This document shows, piece after piece, positions 27,827-41,179 of a stretch of DNA of 64,000 nucleotides. The number at the start of each line of letters is the position of its first letter. Within the stretch, counting starts at the first letter, position 1. Made by a program: the position numbers and the translations under genes. The notes below the pieces were generated by a model. That model was not told where the DNA came from. It searched no databases and was given only the letters and a program-made list of their open reading frames with translations. This DNA comes from Camelus dromedarius (taxonomy: Eukaryota): contig NC_087447.1 in NCBI RefSeq assembly GCF_036321535.1, positions 50,842,001 through 50,906,000 of the forward strand, read 5' to 3'.

Positions 27827-28541
27827 GTGGAGAGGCCAGTGGGAGGGTGGTTGTTGATGGGCAGGAGCTGAGGAGTACACAGAGCCGGAAGGACATCTGG
27901 GCCTTGACCCCTGTCTGCCCTTGGGTCCAGGCTCTAGCCACTGGCTCTCTCTCTCTCTGGGACCCAGGCAAGAGTCTGCCTTCCCCGGAGCCCCACTTGT
28001 CCCACAGGGGCAGGGTGTTGTGCTCTTCAGGGGCCCTGACAGCTCTGGTGCCCTCAGGCCCTTTGCTCTGGGCCTGCTTTGATATCCAGCCCGTTGGACC
28101 TTATGCTGAATCATATTCTTTGATTAGTCAGTGTGCTGTGCTATTCTCTGCCCTGGGACACCCTCTCTGGTCTCTCCAAAGAAGACACTAAAGAAGGACT
28201 GGGTCTGGTGGGGCGGCCCCCCAGTCCTGCCAGTTTCCAGTCACCTGTTTGTCATCCAGTGAGCCCCTCCCCAGCTCCAGGCCCTGTACTGGGCTCTGGG
28301 ACCCTCAAGATAGAGCTGAAGGGGTGACAGAGGTGGTCAGAGAGATGGGGGCCTGAACTGAAAGGTCAGAGAGGGTTTCTTGGGGAGCTGATAGCTCCAC
28401 AGAGCAGGAATTGTTGAGGCAGGAGTGGGTGTTCCAGGCAGAGGGAACAGCTGGAGTAAAGGCTTGGGGGTTTCATGCAGCAGGAAGGGACTGGAGCCTG
28501 GCCTGTGTCCCTGGGAGGGGGCAGCTGCGCCCGGCCATTGA

Positions 28542-28706
<165 letters not shown>

Positions 28707-29337
28707 TAACACATTGGGGCTCTGCCCTGTGGGAATTTTCTTCTGCAACAGAGGCACAAGTGTCACATCTCTCCCTTTAAACTACATTTAGCTGGTTCCA
28801 AGCACACTGCCAAGCTGTTGAAAAATTTGACTTCAGACATCCTGGTGGGCCCTCTCCCCTTCCTCCCCATCCCCTCCAGTCCCTGCATCAGCTAGGCCAG
28901 CTAAGGGGCTCTTACACTATCGGGGACACTGCAGTCCCCACTGCCTGCCAGTCCAGTGTCCAAGTTGCAAGATGCCTGAAAGCAGGAGAGGCTGGGCCTG
29001 AGCAAAGCTTTGAAGGGGGTCTTGGCCCCACTTGGGGTCCTGCCCCTCCTGGGGGCCGTGTGAGAGGCAGATGGATCGAGCAGATCCAGATGGATCCTGG
29101 GGGCTGGAGACAGCTGGTCCTGCCTTACTTTTTAGCCATGTGATCCCAAGCAAGTCACTTTCATCCCTATAATGTTCCGATGTCTCAAAGCCCTCCTGCA
29201 CCACCAAAGCACCCACGCTGAATACATGAAGAGTCTGTCCCCTGGGAGAGTGCTAGTTGGTGGCTCAGAGATATCACTGTCGGGGCTCTGTTTGCCCAAT
29301 CTTGTGGGCCTCCATCCCACATCCACTAACACTTTAA

Positions 29338-29934
<597 letters not shown>

Positions 29935-30419
29935 TGACAAGGTGGGGCAGACAGGTCCCCGGCACACTCTGAGCTTCAGCTTTCCTCATCTGTAAAATAG
30001 GACTAATGATGTGCACTTTTCAGCATAGCTCTAGGGCCAATTCAAGTGTGTTCATCTGACATTTGGGAATCACCTACAGTGCAATGGGTCCTGGACCAAA
30101 TGATGAAGATCCAAGCATGCAACTGGCACAGAATATGCCTTGGAGTGGGGAGGGGCTGCTCTCATGATTTTAATTGTGGGAAATAGATTTTCTAAACTGA
30201 ATGTACTTTGAAGGTTATGTAATTCCAATTCACCCACTTAACAAGTGGGGAAATGGAGACCCAGAGAGCTCTGTGTGAGGTATAAATAAAGGGGGGGAAG
30301 CTCTTGAGAAAGACAGAAGAGGGGGTGCAAAGACATGGGGCAGGAAAAGCAGTAGGGCCTGGTGGAGAGTAAGGCATGGAGGAAAGGGCGGGCTTGACAG
30401 CTGCTGCTTGGTTCCCCAG

Positions 30420-30555
30420 GGCACGGACACCACCATGTTGCATAAGCTGAACTCCCAGCACAAGCTTAACTCGAACTACATTCCCCCCAAGAACAACCAC
30501 GAGACCCAGTTTGGGATCAACCACTTTGCAGGTGTCGTCTACTATGAGACCCAAG
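30420..30555 (+). CDS. MYO7A: Exon 14 (GTDTTML...[11 protein letters not shown])
   Basis: AG/GT flanked, 136 nt. Confidence 0.97.
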
Positions 30556-30697
30556 GTACAGGCAGGCCCTCTGGGGTCAGCTGTCTCTCTTTGCTGTGTT
30601 CCCTCCCTCCATTCCCCTCTCCAGCTCAGGGAATACAAAGACATGAGGGGCCTGGAATACAAACCCAGAAGGGACTTCGGGCAGCTTTGGGCTCAGT

Positions 30698-30780
30698 GCT
30701 TTGCTTTGCTTTGCTTTGCTTTCTTTCTTTTTTTCTTTCTTTTTCTTTCTCTCTTTCCTTCTTTCCTTCCTTCTTTCTAT
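30698..30780. repeat. (GCTTT)n/(CTTT)n simple repeat, probably an L1 tail
   Basis: Read directly. Confidence 0.85.
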
Positions 30781-30789
30781 TTTTAGAGA

Positions 30790-31315
30790 TTTTTTAAAAT
30801 TGTGGTAAAATAAATATAATATAAAATTTACCATTTTAACAATTTTTAAGTCTGCAGTTCAGTGGCATTAAGTACGTTCACTTATTGTGCAACTGTCCCC
30901 ACTCTCCAGAGCCTATTCATCACCACAGATAGAAGCTCTGTGCCTGTTAAATAATAGCTCTCCATCCTCCTCCGCCTCCCCCAGCCCCTGACGACCTCTG
31001 TTTCACTTTCTGTCTCTATGTATTTGACTATTCTGCGTATCTCATATAAGTGGAAACATACAATACTTGTTCTTTTGTGTATGGCTTATTTCACTTTGCG
31101 TAATAACCTCAAGGTTCATCCATGCTGTAGCATGTGTCAGTTTTCTTTTTATGACTGAATAATATCCCATTGTATACACATGCGCCACATGTTATCTATC
31201 CATTCATCTGCTGATGGACATTTGGGTTGTTTCCACCCTTTGGCTATGGTGGATAGTGCTGCCATGAACTTGGGTATATAAATATCTTTCTGAGTCTCTG
31301 GTTTCAATTCTTTGG
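30790..31315 (-). mobile_element. L1M (L1MB-like) 3' end
   Basis: aaaattgtggtaaaat...aaaatttaccatttt...gttcagtggcattaagtac...gatggacatttgggttgtttcc. Confidence 0.85.
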
Positions 31316-33009
31316 GTGGGCTCAGTGCTCTTTTTCACACATGGGGAAACTGAGACTCAGCAGGGGAAGTTAACGGTTCTTAGATCACACAGCCTATTGG
31401 GTGCAAAGCCAGGCCTAGAACCAGCCCAGTTACCCACCAAGATTCCTTCAGCAACAAGACCAAGTTTGGTCTTTGAAACATACATATCTTCTTTTCTCCT
31501 GGGACGTGCAATTGGGCTCATTTTAAAGATAGAAGTGAGGAAGAGGGTCAGAACACAGTCAAGTTTACCTTCCTTGGAATTCTTACAGGGTCTGTCAAAA
31601 GCCTGCAGACTGTCTTTGCCAACCCCGCCCCTCCCACCCAGGGGCAAAGGCCTGGCCTCAAATGGGCATCAGCTGAGGGATGTGTCTACACTGAGCTCCT
31701 GCCTTCAGCCCTAGGGGTTTCCACCCACAACCAAAGTCAGTGAAATTCAAAACAAGCAAAGAGCCACTGGCTTCCTACCTCATTGTTGAGTTGGTCCAGG
31801 AGACAGAGGGTGAGCCATGCTGCAGAGGTGGAAGCTGAAGGCTGTCAGATGTCCTTAAAATATCAAGTGTGATAGCCGACCCTCCTGTTAGAAAGAAGGA
31901 AGACAATACTAAGTTTTAAGGTCTGTTGGGCAAACAAATGGGTCTATTGTTTGGAGTAAGAGAGGATTATATTTTTCAGTTCAGGCCCACCAATGTTCAC
32001 TGAGCATCTATTATGTACCAGGCGTCACAACATTCCAGAGTGAGCTGTACTGAGCTATAAAATTATAGAATATTGTTAGATCTGTAGGGAACATATGGGT
32101 CATCTACTTTTATGGATTTGGAAACTGAGGCCCCAAGAGGGAACCGACTTGCCTAAGGTCACTAATCAGGTTTTAAGCTGCTTTAAACACTTCTGCCAGT
32201 GTTTAAACATTTTCTGTCCACAGAGTGCCATTTTAATCCAGCATCTTATTTATGACATGGGTGGTGTTAGGTGATCTGAAAAGGAGCAAGAGCTTATGGG
32301 TACATCCTCATTCAAAAGATAAGGAAGCTGAGGCCCAGAAGGGGACCTTCCTAGGGTCCCAGAGTGAGTCTGTCATAGAGCTTTAATTAGGGCCCTGTAA
32401 TTCCATCCCAACTTCAGAGCCCACCCTTCCTCTACTGAGGGGCTCCTGCAGCTCGCCCCTCCACAGATGCCAGGTGGGTAGCTCAGCACTGGGTCTCCGT
32501 GCTGTCTACCAGCCAGGGCAGCCTGAGTCCTGGGAGAAATGGTCCTGCTTCTCTGCAAGGTTCCTCCTCCTCAGGCATCCCCAGCCCTTGGGCACCCCGT
32601 CTTTTGCCCCACCCTAGCAAGGCCCCTCATTAACCAGTTCCTAAGTCCTCAGTTCCTGGGAATGGCAGCCTTCTTTGCAGTCTGTGTGGTGCAGGGAAGC
32701 CTCCCTGGGTTGGCCCCAGGGTTCCTGGGCTCAGGTCTTAACTCTGCCTGTGGCTTGTTGTGTGGTATTAACCACCTTGCTCTGCTTCTCTGAACATCGG
32801 TTTCATATCTTGTGGGATGAGGAAGATAATCCCCACCTGTCCCTCGTATATGGAGGTGACGTGAGCATTACTTCTGTGAAGGCACTTTGTAAAATATAAG
32901 GCACTATCTGAATACAAGGCATTTTAAGTTAATTCCTTTACTATTAGCTGGTGCCAGATGAATGTATTCTCTCCCAGGGGACACACTTAACAAGGGCTTC
33001 TGACACCTT

Positions 33010-33474
33010 TGTCACTGACTCAAGTCCTTGGACTCTTTAATCAGTAGAAATTGATAAGAGGCCAGACGAGAAACTGAGGCAAGTCTTTTCTGGGACTCAT
33101 GCTGCAGCCCCGGGCAGCGAGAACAAGAAACAGGTGTCCTGCTGTTCCCTGAGTGGGGGCGGGCTCTTCCTTAAACAGGGCTGAGGGTGGGGGCAGGTCA
33201 GTGGGTGGGGCCAGAGGTGCGGCTTAGGTGGTCTGCCCACTCCCTTGGTGGTGCCGTGTGCAGGGGTCATGCGCAGTGCCCTGCTTTTGCTCCCGGCACC
33301 TCAGAAACGGCAGTTTCTTCGTGGCCTTTTTGTATCTTATTGTTCATAACTGCCCCAACTGTGCCTGCGTGCAGTTATTTTTAGTCCCGTAGAGTTTCTC
33401 TGTAGTCCACTGCTCAAGGAGACGTTTGTCCAGCTGCAAGCCCTCACGTAAGGTGTTTCAGGTCCCAGCCGTCA
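33010..33474 (-). mobile_element. ERV1-like solo LTR, copy A
   Basis: TG...CA bounded and co-linear with 55397-55825 (shared gactctttaatca.tagaaattgata and ggggtcatgcgcagtgccctgcttttgctccc). No clean target-site duplication. Strand inferred. Confidence 0.75.
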
Positions 33475-33771
33475 TTCAAAAGACTAAAGCTGGCATTTCA
33501 GGCGCTGGGGTGGTTCAGTCAGGAAGGTGGCCCCTCCTGGGGACTGAGACCTCCTGCCCTCCTCTTTGACTGGGCCTGGAAGAGGGGGGCTGTGTGGCTG
33601 GGGAGACCAGTTCCAATTCTGGTTCTGTCCCTCACTTTCTCTGTGACCTTGGGAAAACTGCTCTGTCCTCTCCAGGCCCCAGTGTCCCCTGCTATAAAAT
33701 GGATGTGGTCGAATTAGGTGAATTTTGAGGGTCTTCCTGGCCCAGACCTTGTGGATTTGGGGAGGGGCTGA

Positions 33772-34023
<252 letters not shown>

Positions 34024-34664
34024 TAGCTGAGCTCCTCTGGCCGCAGAGCAGAGGCAGGGCTTTGCTGTGGTTCCAAGAGGGTCTATGGGTGCTTCTCATC
34101 CTCTTGTACTGATTGGGGGTGCGATGCAAGGACCAGAGAAGTGTCACATGAGAGGTTACAGAGCAAAGCCTGATCAGGACTTGGTTTCCCATGGCGGGTC
34201 TCGACCTCCAGCAGCTAACGGAGCGTGGGTGAAGGAAGCACAGCCAGCCCAGAGGACGTGGATAGGTGTAGGTGTTCAGAGAAATGGGCACAAAAGGCAT
34301 ATATGTGCCAGCCTGGGACCGCATGGTGGGGTGGAGAATTTCCCACCCTTGACATTTCCCTTGTCCCTGGAGTGGTGATCTGGTGGCCCTGTTCCCAGCA
34401 GGATTATATGCCTTTTTATTTCATAGTTTCCTGCTGCCCCATGGCTTTCTGGAGAGTGTATGGAGGGGCTCACAGGGAGGACAGAGCCATTGCCCCCCCA
34501 GTGCTTGTCCAGGTGCCTATGTTGCCCCCAGCCCCCCCGGAACCTAGACCTCTGCCCGGAGGGTCCTCCTCTTCCCCTGGTGGATTTTGCCCTCCGTTTT
34601 CTGACCCACCACATTCTCCTTGCCCCACACCCCATCTTGCCGTGCACGGTGGTTCCGGTTGTAG

Positions 34665-34718
34665 TTTCTCTGTGGTTACTCATCAGGCACCCTCCGCCAG
34701 TCAGCAGTTCCTACGAAG
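34665..34718 (+). CDS. MYO7A: Putative 54-nt cassette exon in motor loop 2 (FLCGYSSGTLRQSAVPTK)
   Basis: ttgtag| ... AAG|gtaaaa; 18 stop-free codons, phase 0/0; about 100 nt upstream with no AG, containing CTGAC at 34601. Confidence 0.65.
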
Positions 34719-34854
34719 GTAAAAGACCCCGGCCTGGGGCCCGAGGAGGTGGGAGAGGCCTCGGGGGCTTCTGGGGCTGGGCTGTGTCTTGGTCCCAGTG
34801 GCACTGAGGCTCGGGAAAAGGGCTGTTTTTTCTCTTCTTCATTTTGGTGGAGTG

Positions 34855-34950
34855 TTTGTTTTTGGTTTTTGTTTTATTCTTTTTTTTTTTTTTTTTTTTG
34901 TGGAGTGGCTTGTGGAGTGGTTTGATTTTTGTTTTTTGAGTTGTGTGTAC
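34855..34950. repeat. T/GT-rich low-complexity tract with a poly-T run
   Basis: Read directly. Confidence 0.85.
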
Positions 34951-37077
34951 TGCAGGCATCTAAGTTTCTTAAAAGGAGGAAACTGAGCCATAGAAAAGAG
35001 GTGAGAATTACCTAGCGTACCCCATGAACGAGGGGCAGGGCTGGGACTCGAATTCTTGTCTCCCAAGTCCTCTGCCTCCATTCAGTCTTTTTGAACACTG
35101 AGTCTTTTTGAGTCTCCTTCCTCCAGGCCCTGCTAAAGGTTCCCATGTCTGTGATTTGGTCCGGTCCTCTGATAATCTTGTGCTGCTGGCAGTATTTTCT
35201 GCCTTTCGCAGGTGGAGGACTGAGGTCAGGGATGGAGTGTGGTTGGTTCACCCTAAGTTGCAGCATCCAGGGGATGGGGCCGAATAGCTGGGACCTCCTC
35301 AGGCCGTAGAACAGTATCCCTGGTGTGTTGTGACCACCAGCTATAGGTCGTGGCTCCCAAGGCTTTTTGGGCCCCAAAGGTGCTGGGTACCCTTAGCAGC
35401 AGCATAGCTCTGCCATCCCTTTGCCTCTCTTTTCTCTTCTCAACCCTTAATTTCCTCTCTGTCTAACACTGACGTCCCCTGACATTCAGTCTTAATGCTG
35501 AGTCCCTCTTCCTTCCTGCATGCCTGGCATTCCCCTGCTGCCCATTGCCTCCTAGAGTTCTGGAACAGTTGACAAAAGCCAAAGCAGCAGAGCAGGGTAC
35601 CCAGCTGTCAGGAGCAGGGAGTGTGTGTCTGGATGGAGGCCTCTGTCCTCTGCCCGTGGGTCAGCCCCAGGCCGACACGGTGGCCAGCCAGCTGGTGGGA
35701 TGACTGCAGGGCCACCAGCAGAGAGGGGCCCCAGGCATCGGAAGCCACAGCCCGAAGCCCACAAATTGCACGCAGGTCACAGCCCTGGTGAAACAGGAGT
35801 GGCTCTGGGCTCTCGCGCACTCTTCCTGTCCTCCTGTAAGACCCCAGCCTGGCTCTGCCAGGCCCACCCCTTCCTCCTGGTCTTGGGCTGTCCCAGAAGA
35901 CCATCAAACCTATATTCTCCTAATTTCCCCATCTTTCCCAAGCCCCTGGAGGCATGTGGGGACCTCTCCATGAAGTTTCCTGTTCTAAACCTCCTTCCCT
36001 GGACCCTGGGAATAGAACCCACTTCCTGAGGAACAGTGGAGAGGTTCAAGTGTAAGACCCTGGGGTCTCCAGAAATGGCCAGCTCCTAAGGGAGTTTTTG
36101 GAGCACAGACTTAGAAAGTGGCAGTGACAGATTTGATACGATTTCCTCTACTCTTCTGGACCAGGATGTGAGCTATACACTTACATTTCTCACCTCATTC
36201 ACTCCTGTGGCATCTCTGTGAGTAATTACTACTGCCCCCACCTTATAGGTAAAGAAGCTGGAGCCCAGAGAGGCCAGGGTGCTTACTTGAGGTCACACAG
36301 CTTGTGACACAGGAATTTGATCCTGGTCTGTCTCTGGGAGGTGCAGGGACTGGGCCAAGGTCACATACAAGTGAGGGCTAAAAGGCTTTCAAGTCCCCAC
36401 TCCTTTTCCCCATGCTGTGCTGTCTTGGCCACGCCTCTAGGAAAGAAAAAAAAAAAAACAAAAACGCTTTTTAACTACTGGATATGTGATAGCTCTGTCA
36501 AAGGAACTTGGAAATCAACGTGAAGTGCACAGTTTGAAGTCACAGTTTCTTCCATGACTGTATATAAGCTGCAGTGCTGTCCTGAGAGCAGAAGCCCACG
36601 TCCTTCCAGTGATCTGAACTTGCGTCCCGTGCAGGTCCCCGCCCTAAATTTCCATCCTTTGCCTCTCGTGCCTGCTTCCTCGGGGCGCACCAGGCAGCAC
36701 CGCCACCCCCACCATTGTGCTGGAGGGGTCAGCTGAGCCATGAGCATGACGGTTCTCCCGGGACATGGAACACCAACCCCAGTCACGTGTCCCCGGGGCC
36801 CTCGGTCCACAGGACACTTGTTCACTATGCAGGTGGCTTCTTCTGCCAAGGACTTCCCAGCCCCATTCACGTCACGCTCAGGTGCCTGCCCCTCACATCC
36901 CCTCCATGGGGTTATTCGACTTCTCACTTCCACCTTTACCCCATCCCTAAACATCTGCAGATTATCCCAGAAAACAACAAAGGTTAGAAAAGATCACATT
37001 TCCCCTCAATGAAATAAAGCCAAATCAGAAACCAGATGGTCAGGGAAGTGAGAGCGGACCCTGGGCTCATAGCCCCC

Positions 37078-38040
37078 ATTCACTCATCACTTCCTTCAGT
37101 CAGATACGTACTGAGTGCTCATTATATGCCAGACCTTGTCCTGTGTCCTGGGAACATGATAGTGAACAAAACAGAAACAAAACTTTGTCCTCCTGGAACT
37201 TACATTCTAGCAGAAGGGGGAAATAGTTAACAAGAAAACCAGTAAGTAATAAATGTAATACATCAGATGGTGACATATGAGATGGAGAAAAATACGGCAG
37301 GGAGGAATGCCAGTGGTGGGGCTTTGCAGTTTGAATAGGGGATCAGGAAAGTCCTTACTGAGAGCTTTGGAAGGATGTGAATAAGTCAGCCATGTGCATT
37401 TTGGAGGAAAAGCATTGCAGGGAGAGGGAACAGCAAGTGCAAAGCCCTGAGGTGCTTTTAACCCCAACCTGCCTGGTGCATTGTAGGAAGAACACAGAGG
37501 CAGGAGTGGCTGGAAGGGAGTGGGCAAGGCGGTGGAGAGACTGGAGGTAACTGGGACCAGTTCCTGTGGGACATTGTTGGTTGTTCTCTTTTGTTGTTGT
37601 TGTTATTACTGGAAGTACTGGAGATTGAACCCAGGACCTCATGCCTGCTAAGCATGTGCTCTACCACTGAGCTATACCCTCCCCCTACCAAGGTCTTACA
37701 AGGACCTTGGTGTTCATGCTGAGTGAACTGGGGAGCTATTGAGGGTTTTGAGTGAGGGAGACATGCCTGGATTTGTGTTTTAACAGACTCACTCAGGCTG
37801 CTGTGTTGATAATGGAGTGTTGGGGACAGAAGCAGGGAGACCAATTTGGAGGTTGCAATAATGAGAGAGCTTTGCAGGCAGCTTGGACCAGGCTGACAGT
37901 GGAGGAAGTGGTGAGAAGGGGTCAGATTCTTGATCCATTTTGGAGGTAGAGCCAATAAAATTTGCTGACATATTGGATATGAGAGAAGAGGAGTTGGGGA
38001 TTGTTCCTAGATCTTTGGCCTAAGCAATTGGAAGGTGGAC
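37078..38040 (-). mobile_element. L2 (L2a-like) 3' portion
   Basis: Starts cattcactca...tactgagtgctcattatatgccag...acattctag, followed by typical antisense L2 body. Confidence 0.8.
37588..37685 (-). mobile_element. tRNA-Ala-like SINE (vic-1 type) nested in L2
   Basis: Highly similar to 6034-6156 (gattgaacccaggacct...ctaagcatg...ctctaccactgagctataccctcccc) with a (TTG)n tail. Confidence 0.85.
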
Positions 38041-38094
38041 AATTTCTGGGAGCCCATTCAGTACCACTTCAGTTCAACCAAGTGTTCTTGTTTG

Positions 38095-39220
38095 TATATG
38101 TATGTTTTTATTGAAGTATAGTCAGTTTACAGCGTTGTGTCAATTTCTGGTGTACAGCACAATTCTTCAGTCATGTAGGAACATACGTATATTCATTTTC
38201 ATACTCTTTTTCACTGTAAGCTACTACAAGATGTTGAATATAGTTCCCTGTGCTATGCAGTATGAACTTGTTTATCTATTTTATTTGTATTAATTAGTAT
38301 CTGCAAATCTTGAACTCTCAATGTATCCCTTCCCACCCCATTCCCACCCTGGTAACCGTAAGTTTGTTTTCTATATCTGTGAGTCTGGTTCTGTTTTTAA
38401 ATAAGTTCATTTGTCTCTTTTTTTTTTTGGATTCCACATATAAGTGATATCATATGGTATTTCTCTTTCTCTTTCTGGCTTATTTCACTTAGAATGACAT
38501 TCTCCAGCTCCATCTATGTTGCTGCAAATGGCATTATTTTATTCTTTTTTATGGCTGTGTAGTGTTCCATTGTATAACTATACCACAGCTTCTTTATCCA
38601 GTCATCTGTTGATGGACATTTAGGTTGTTTCCATGTCTTGGCTATTGTAAACAGTGCTGCTGTGAACCCTGGGGTGCATGTATCTTTTTAGAATTAAGGT
38701 TCCCTCTGGATATATGCCCAGGAGTGGGATTGCTGGGTCATATGTTAAGTCTATTTTTAGTCTTTTGAGGAATCTCCATACTGTTTTCCATAATGGCTGC
38801 ACCAAACTGCATTCCCACCAGCAGTGTAGGATGGTTCCCTTTCCTCCCCAGCCTCTCCAGCATTTATCGTTTGTAGACTTTTGAATGATGGCCATTCTGG
38901 CTGGTGTGAGGTGATACCTCATTGTTGTTTTGATTTTCATCTCTTTGATAATTAGTGAGTGAGCATTTTTTCATGTTGTGCCTATTGGCCATTCGTATGT
39001 CTTCATTGGAGAATTGCTTGTTTAGGTCTTCTGCCCATTTTTTGGATTGGGTTGTTTGTTTTTTTCTTATTTAGTTGTATGAGCTATTTATATATTCTGG
39101 AAATTGAGCCCTTGTCAGTCTCACATATATTCATTTTCAGTTTCTTTTTTACCACAAGTTACTACAAGATACTGAATACAGTTCCCTATGCTGTACAGTA
39201 TGAACTTGTTGTTTATCTCA
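38095..39220 (-). mobile_element. Relatively young 5'-truncated LINE-1 (ORF2 C-terminus plus 3' UTR)
   Basis: The minus-strand ORF 38620-38940 encodes [15 protein letters not shown]...[21 protein letters not shown]...[12 protein letters not shown], the L1 ORF2p C-terminal signature. Confidence 0.93.
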
Positions 39221-39362
39221 GCGAAGTGTCGATTGCTGCTGTGGCAGGCCTGGGGCACAGCAGTAAACAGGGTGTGCCGCCTGTCCTCATGGGGCTCACA
39301 GCCAGCAGGGGAGACAGACAGAAAGGCATAGTTTCCAGTGTGATGATCAGAACCAAAGAAGG

Positions 39363-39592
39363 ATGTGTGTTGTGTGTGTGTGTGTGTTTGTGTCATGCAT
39401 GTGTGCATGCTTTGTGTGCTGTGTATATGTACTGTGTGTGAGGGTGTGCTGTGTGTGTTGTGTGTCTGTGTGTTTGTGTATATGCTGTATGTGTATGTGT
39501 GTGCTGTGTCTATATGTGTGTACATTTATGTGTTGTGTGTGTATATATGTGCGATGTGTGTCTGTGTGTATATGTGTTGTGTGTGCACACAC
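39363..39592. repeat. Degenerate (TG)n microsatellite
   Basis: Read directly. Confidence 0.9.
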
Positions 39593-40519
39593 GTGGTCCT
39601 GGCAAGGCCTCTCATGCAGGCTGTGTACATCCCAACCTGGACAGCTCCCTCTCCAGGTGGGGGGTCACCCAGTGCTGCTGCTGGATCAGGTTCTGGGGCA
39701 ACAGTGGGGGCCACAGACCTGACATGCACCCTATCCCAGTGCAAATACTCCCCAGCTTCTCTTGGCAAAATCCTAGACTATATTTCAGATAAAACTAAAA
39801 TGGAAAGCATGGCAAATTTCAGATTAGAAAGCATTTGCCGTTTCTTGGCAAGTTTCATTTCATTCCGGGGGCGTCCGGTCTAACTTTAGAATGGGTTAAA
39901 TGCCTTTGCCTCTCCCCACACACCTCACACATGCATCTGCAGCCCTGGTTTTTGATGCTACAGGATATCAGATAGAATGATGGCTTCTTTAAAATATAAA
40001 ATTTTATGATAATAATCAAATTCACTAATAAAAAATTCTCATCCAAAAGAAATTGCCAGGAAAATAGGAACATCAAGATGCTTTGGAATCCAGTCTGATT
40101 TCTGTGTCCACTTTCTCAGTATCTGTCTGAGATATTCTGCTCCCCGTTTGTTTGCTTCTCAGGTGCTCCCCCAGCACCCTCACCTCATTTCACAGTATCC
40201 TGAGAGGGGGACCCCAATAGGGCAGAGAGGTGTGGGGGCTTGCCGGCCAGCTCACCCAGAGAGCGGCTGGTGGTGCATGGGGCCCTTGGGGCGGCCGGAG
40301 GCCAGCTGTGTGCCTTCTTAGGAGGTTTATCCGGGGCTGCTGCTGACCGGCTAATCCCACAGGGAGGGCAGAGGGTGCGGGCAGCACCCCCGCCCTCAGG
40401 GTTTGCTGTTTACTGAGACAGACTCCCACAGCCCGGTCAGCTAGATAGATGGCACTATTCCCATTTAGGAAACTGAGGCTCAGGGCTTTTGAGTGACCAG
40501 CTAGGAGGTGGTGGCCTAG

Positions 40520-41179
<660 letters not shown>

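Noticed and set aside
37611..37685. tRNA-Ala gene (also about 6080-6155)
   Set aside because: Simple-repeat tails, a target-site duplication on one copy and imperfect stems indicate SINE copies.
38620..38940. L1 ORF2 as an active gene
   Set aside because: Only a frameshifted C-terminal fragment; endonuclease, reverse transcriptase and promoter are absent.
39121..39883. Cys/Val-rich and His/Thr-rich ORFs
   Set aside because: Translations of a degenerate TG microsatellite.
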